From: a bacterium
GTDB lineage: Bacteria; UBA8248
Length of the DNA: 64,000 bases
NCBI GenBank assembly: GCA_965199855.1
Contig: OZ241326.1
Span: 1,216,001 to 1,280,000, forward strand
Reading direction: 5' to 3'
Both the position numbers and the translations under genes were made by a program. The notes under the pieces were generated by a model. It worked only from the letters and a program-made list of their open reading frames with translations, was not told where the DNA came from and searched no databases. Of the stretch, positions 62,063 through 64,000 are shown piece after piece; the stretch's first letter is position 1; the number at the start of each line of letters is the position of its first letter.

Positions 62063-64000
62063 ATGGATAGCCGCACCCTGCGAGGCATCGAGTTTCCGGA
62101 AGCCCTGAAGCTGCTGGCGGCGCGCTGCGTCTCCGCTTCGGGCGCGGCCCGCGCCGCCCGCCTCGCGCCGGCCGCCGCGTCCGCCGACGTGGACGCCCTG
62201 CTGGATGAGACGGACGAGGCGACCGCGCTTTCGGGGGCGGGCGAGTCCCCGCCGCTCCGCGCCTTCGACGATCCGGCGGAATGGCTGGAGGATATCAGAC
62301 GCCGGGGCGGAAGCCTCGAGGGCGAGAAGTTCCTCTCGATTCTCTCGCTGCTGGACCTCGCCTCGGACGTCCGCCGCTTCCTGGAGGAGCGCGCGGGGCG
62401 GACGCCGGGGCTCGCGGGGCTGCTTCGGGGGGCGGACCTGCTGCGTCCCCTGGCCGCGCGCGTCAGGCGGACGTTCGACGAGCGCGGCGAGGCGCGCGAC
62501 GAGGCGAGCGCGGAGCTGCGGGAGGCCAGGGCGAAGCAGCGCGCGCTCAGGGGCGAGATGCGGCGCCTGCTGGATCGCGTCATGGCCGCCCACCCCGAGG
62601 CGATCCGGGAAAGCCTGATCGTCCAGCGGCGCGAGCGGTACGTGATTCCCGCCCGGACGGCGTTCCGGCGCTTCTTCGAGGGCGTGATTCAGGATCGTTC
62701 GGCGAGCGGGGAGACGCTGTTCGTGGAGCCGCTCCCGGCGGTGCCCGTCAACAACGCCATCGTCTGCGCGCGCGAGGCCGAGCGCGCGGAAGTAGAGAGA
62801 ATTCTGCGCGAGCTGACCGCCGCGGCGATGGAGGCGCGCGGGGCGCTCGCGCGTCTGGTCGAGCGTCTGGCGCGGCTCGACTTGATCTGCGCGAAGGCGC
62901 GCCTGGGGCGCGATTGGCGCGGCGCCCGCGCGGGGGCGAGCGCGGACGGGCGCCTCCGTCTGAAGGACGCGCGGCATCCGCTTCTGGCGGCGGGCGCCGT
63001 GGCGGCGGAGCGGGTGGTGCCCATCGACCTCGAGGTGGGCGGGGCGGGCGTCCGCCAGCTCATCATCACGGGCCCCAACACGGGCGGAAAGACCGTGGCG
63101 CTCAAGACGGCGGGGCTTTGCGTGGCGCTTCACCAGTGCGGGGTTCCCATACCGGCCGCGCCCGACAGCGCGCTTCCCCTCGTCAGGACGCTGTTCGCCG
63201 ACATCGGCGACGAGCAGGACATTCACCAGAACCTGAGCACCTTCTCGGGCCACGCGGCGCGCGTGTCGCGCGCGGCGCGGGAGGCGGGCGAGGGGACGCT
63301 CGCGCTGCTGGACGAGCTGGGCTCCGGCACCGACCCGGCGGAGGGCTCCGCCATCGGGGTCGCCGTGCTGGAGCATCTGGCGGCCAGCGGCGCCCTCTGC
63401 ATCGCCACGACGCACCACGACGCGCTCAAGCATTACGCCTATGCGTCCCCGCGCGCGGAGAACGCCTCCGTGGAGTTCGACCCCGAGGACCTCTCGCCCA
63501 CCTACCGGATCCGCATGGGCGCGTCGGGCCCCAGCAACGCCGTGTCGGTGGCGAGGAAGATGGGGTTGCCCGCGTCGGTGCTGGCGCGCGCGGAGGCGCT
63601 GCTGCGGCAGGGCCCCGTCGAGGCGGATCGGCTGATGGCGAATCTCTCCGCCCGGGAGCGCGACATCGCCGGGAAGGAGGCCGCGCTGGCGGCCAGGCGG
63701 GCGGAGGTCGAAAAAGACGGGGCGGCCCTGGAGCGCCGGATAACCGAGGAGGCGCGCCAGAGGAGCGAGGAGGCGGCCCGCTTCCTCAAGGAGCTTCGGC
63801 GCGAGGCCGACCGCCTCCTGGAAGAGATGCGCGGGGCGCGCGAGGCGGAGGAGGCCAGGAGAGTCGCGCGCGAGCGCATCCGCGGGATGGGCGCGAGAAT
63901 CGCGGAGGCGCTCCCCGCGCCCCCGGAGGCGGCGGCGCGTCCGCCCGCTTTCTGCCGCGTGGGCGACAGGGTGCGCGTTCCGCTCATGAACTGCGTCGGC
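62063..64000 (+). CDS. mutS2: endonuclease MutS2 (partial, runs off window)
   Basis: MDSRTLRGIEF start, SASGETLFVEP, ARHPLL, ITGPNTGGKT, DIGDEQ, STFS, DELGSGTDP, TTH. Confidence 0.93.
   Translation, partial: MDSRTLRGIEFPEALKLLAARCVSASGAARAARLAPAAASADVDALLDETDEATALSGAGESPPLRAFDDPAEWLEDIRRRGGSLEGEKFLSILSLLDLASDVRRFLEERAGRTPGLAGLLRGADLLRPLAARVRRTFDERGEARDEASAELREARAKQRALRGEMRRLLDRVMAAHPEAIRESLIVQRRERYVIPARTAFRRFFEGVIQDRSASGETLFVEPLPAVPVNNAIVCAREAERAEVERILRELTAAAMEARGALARLVERLARLDLICAKARLGRDWRGARAGASADGRLRLKDARHPLLAAGAVAAERVVPIDLEVGGAGVRQLIITGPNTGGKTVALKTAGLCVALHQCGVPIPAAPDSALPLVRTLFADIGDEQDIHQNLSTFSGHAARVSRAAREAGEGTLALLDELGSGTDPAEGSAIGVAVLEHLAASGALCIATTHHDALKHYAYASPRAENASVEFDPEDLSPTYRIRMGASGPSNAVSVARKMGLPASVLARAEALLRQGPVEADRLMANLSARERDIAGKEAALAARRAEVEKDGAALERRITEEARQRSEEAARFLKELRREADRLLEEMRGAREAEEARRVARERIRGMGARIAEALPAPPEAAARPPAFCRVGDRVRVPLMNCVG

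Overview
High-GC bacterial chromosomal window. The backbone is metabolic and housekeeping genes: sdhA end/sdhB, hydrolases, oxidoreductases, a haloalkane dehalogenase, trpS-ileS-lspA-rluD, a beta-oxidation trio, gcvTHP plus lipoate ligase, tRNA-Gly, coaE, rho-rpmE-prfA-prmC-murA, hisGDBHAF(IE) and mutS2. Several short, visibly AT-richer accessory or defence-like cassettes interrupt it, and no integrase or transposase is recognisable. They are an ABC-ATPase/TOPRIM pair, a single-chain type IIG-like R-M enzyme preceded by a repeat-bearing HEPN gene, an MTase-HNH fusion, a MunI-like R-M island and a three-gene cassette ending in a frameshifted ART/RES-like gene. The four most unusual observations are: (1) ribosomal protein L31 (rpmE) fused in frame, via a long charged and Pro-rich tether, to a foreign-looking ~100-aa winged-helix-like domain; (2) a promoter-preceded ~70-nt tRNA-like element with alanine identity elements (G3.U70, A73, CCA), resembling a tmRNA tRNA-like domain without the message domain, upstream of the R-M methyltransferase; (3) the HEPN gene N-terminus is a constant-core/variable-segment repeat array and also carries a 66-bp near-perfect in-frame copy of the neighbouring dehydrogenase gene; (4) a candidate toxin/antitoxin/chaperone-like triad. 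All family assignments come from motif recognition by eye; no database searches were run.
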